Below, piece after piece: positions 63,301-64,000 of a DNA stretch of 64,000 nt (positions within the stretch are counted from its first letter, which is position 1; every line of letters starts with the position of its first letter). The notes beneath the pieces were generated by a model that did not search any database, had not been told where the DNA came from, and saw only the letters and a list, made by a program, of their open reading frames with translations. The position numbers and the translations under genes were made by a program. The DNA is from an uncultured delta proteobacterium (GTDB lineage: Bacteria > Desulfobacterota > Binatia > UBA9968): contig CAWFJP010000013.1 in the NCBI GenBank assembly GCA_963816145.1, positions 171,734 to 235,733 on the forward strand, in the 5' to 3' direction.

Positions 63301-63764
63301 TACTTACCCGGGACGCTGATGTTGGGGGTTTTGAGGGTTGGTTAGGGGCACTCTTGGCAGGGGTATCACGGGAGCAGGTTGTGCAGGTGTTCCTAGGCTC
63401 GGGTGAATTTCAGTCTAGGTTTGGCAGCAATCTAACCAACGCACAGTTTGTCGAGAGGATGTACAACAACATACTGCTGCGGTCCTCTGATCCTGGGGGA
63501 TTAAATGGTTGGGTGCAGGCATTAAACAGCGGGCAGGTGACCAGGGCACAGCTGGCGTTGAGTTTTTTGGATTCGGGAGAATTTCAAAGTCTCACTGCCA
63601 GTCAGAACCGTGTGGACATCGCGCTTCTGTATTTTGACATGTTGCGGCGGAATCCTGATGCTGGGGGTTTTTCTGGGTGGGTAGGGGTGCTCAATGCTGG
63701 AGTACCGCTGACATCGGTAATCGATGCATTTCTAAACTCCTCTGAATATCAAGCGCGGTTCTAG
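60315..63764 (+). CDS. Exported S8/S53-like serine peptidase with 3 Calx-beta domains and DUF4214 (S-layer-like) tail
   Basis: VGVLSDS, DEGRA, SAAGN, FFGTSAAAPH; three EG....FTV.LS...DY...SGTLTF...ETF repeats; FV...Y...L.R.PD.GG...W repeats. Confidence 0.9.
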   Translation: MKQRIFIFVLVIFLVCLAGVPAPAQTDKNGPMAKLTYSLVKLHNQYVTYLAQRSAAQFSSGDSLITLVDDRVVVDAVASEDVNVLKADLESLGMQQAVAFGRIVSGRLPVSALRAAAGLASLVFAQPAVAMTNAGSVTSQGDQAIRSNVARATYGVDGSGVTVGVLSDSFNCLGGGAADITSGDLSPVTVIQEHASCSGVTDEGRALLQVVHDVAPGTSLAFASAFNGLASFATNIQSLTAAGAKVIVDDVIYLAEPFFQDGTLAQAVNSVVSGGVAYFSAAGNQARQSYESVFRAGGVFAQGAIPSAAGAPPFFGGTAHDFDPRGSTDVFQRITLPPGAGFVMSFQWDSPAFSVSGAPGSPNDLDVYVLNAAANQVVAGATLDNHGNDPIEVFSFTNATGVTANFNIMIVKFSGPNPGLIKYVLFNSGITSQEFATNSGTLYGHANAVGAEAVGAAAYFNTPAFGVSPPVLNSFSSSGTTPILFDQAGNRLATPELRAKPEIVAPDGGDTTFFGSPYPDGNGFPNFFGTSAAAPHAAGVAALMLQRRPTLMPHGIYASLESTAIDMGVPGFDSDSGFGLIQADGALAAAALLPAISINDISIPEGDSGTSNFVFTVSLSTATEQTVSVNYSTANNTATAGSDYVATSGTLTFNPGDTTKTITVVVNGDTRNEPDETFFVNISNPVNATIADGQGLGTILNDNPLPALSINDVSLAEGNSGTINSVFTVTLSPMSGQTVTVSYSTANGSAIASNDYVAMSGTLTFNPGDTTKTITVVVNGDTLNEANETFFVIISNPVNATIADGQGLGTITNDDATLPTISIKDVSVTEGNTGTTNAVFNVTLSPASGQTVTVSYSTANGSATAGSDYVATSGTLTFNPGDTTKTITVAVNGDTVVESNETFFVNLTTAINATIADGQGIGTIANDDNYAVMGNEAFVFQQYVDFLDREPDPGELVAWENALNGGFPRASLIEAFMDSGEFRFEGKFIAQTYLGILTRDADVGGFEGWLGALLAGVSREQVVQVFLGSGEFQSRFGSNLTNAQFVERMYNNILLRSSDPGGLNGWVQALNSGQVTRAQLALSFLDSGEFQSLTASQNRVDIALLYFDMLRRNPDAGGFSGWVGVLNAGVPLTSVIDAFLNSSEYQARF

Positions 63765-63943
63765 AGAAGGCAATTTTAACGTACTCCTTTTTATTAGACG
63801 GGCGTCGGTGATCACTACGATCGAACTGAATGTCCATCAACTCAATGTCGTGGTGGTTGTGAAATCAGGCACAATTCAGGCGCAATGAAAGCGGGGTATG
63901 GTAAGCGCACCGAGTGAGCTGTTGATCGTGCAGGCCAGAAATT

Positions 63944-64000
63944 TGGTGCCGGAGGCGAGACTTGAACTCGCACAGGGTTGCCCCTACCGGATTTTGAGTC
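63944..64000 (-). tRNA. tRNA-Leu(CAA), 3' part (5' end outside window)
   Basis: Reverse complement GACTCAAAATCC-GGTAGGGGCAACCCTGT-GCGAGTTCAAGTCTCGC-CTCCGGCACCA: CAA anticodon, long variable arm, T-arm, CCA. Completeness cannot be confirmed. Confidence 0.85.

Larger units (their letters stand above)
58759..63943. mobile_element. Integrase-less genomic island 2 at tRNA-Leu (S8 protease cargo)
   Basis: Bounded by tRNA 3'-end repeats at 58704 and 63944. Confidence 0.75.

Overview
GC-rich bacterial window. The gene style (several amidohydrolase_2 paralogs, an SsuA/THI5-type binding protein, a maleate-isomerase-like gene, stand-alone A-PCP genes, F420 genes) resembles Candidatus Binatia/deltaproteobacteria-like organisms; this is inference. 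From left to right: clpB (runs off the window); an operon of a 1441-aa repetitive coiled-coil protein and two single-domain KaiC/RAD55-like ATPases; hisC, a VOC protein, a CNNM/hemolysin protein and recD2. Then comes a ~22-kb locus with an ECF sigma factor, three exported proteins (one ~3270-aa, split by frameshifts), a soluble zf-HC2 anti-sigma factor, a CHAT-TM-DUF4384-like protein and two signal-peptide TPR-CHAT proteases. After that: an orphan DUF433 antitoxin, an AAA_14/DUF4143 ATPase, amidohydrolases, an iGluR-like channel, cofGDCE-npdG and a second ECF/anti-sigma pair. The window ends with two integrase-less ~5-6-kb islands stacked behind tRNA-Leu(CAA). The best candidate for a new system is a CRISPR-independent, trans-envelope caspase-like (CHAT) protease cascade controlling an ECF sigma factor. 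Support: an RGVGGV motif shared by three proteins, and a twice-repeated GTAAGA-N14/15-CGTCTATTT promoter upstream of the exported genes. Many single-base indels suggest long-read assembly errors. All family calls come from reading motifs by eye; no searches were run.
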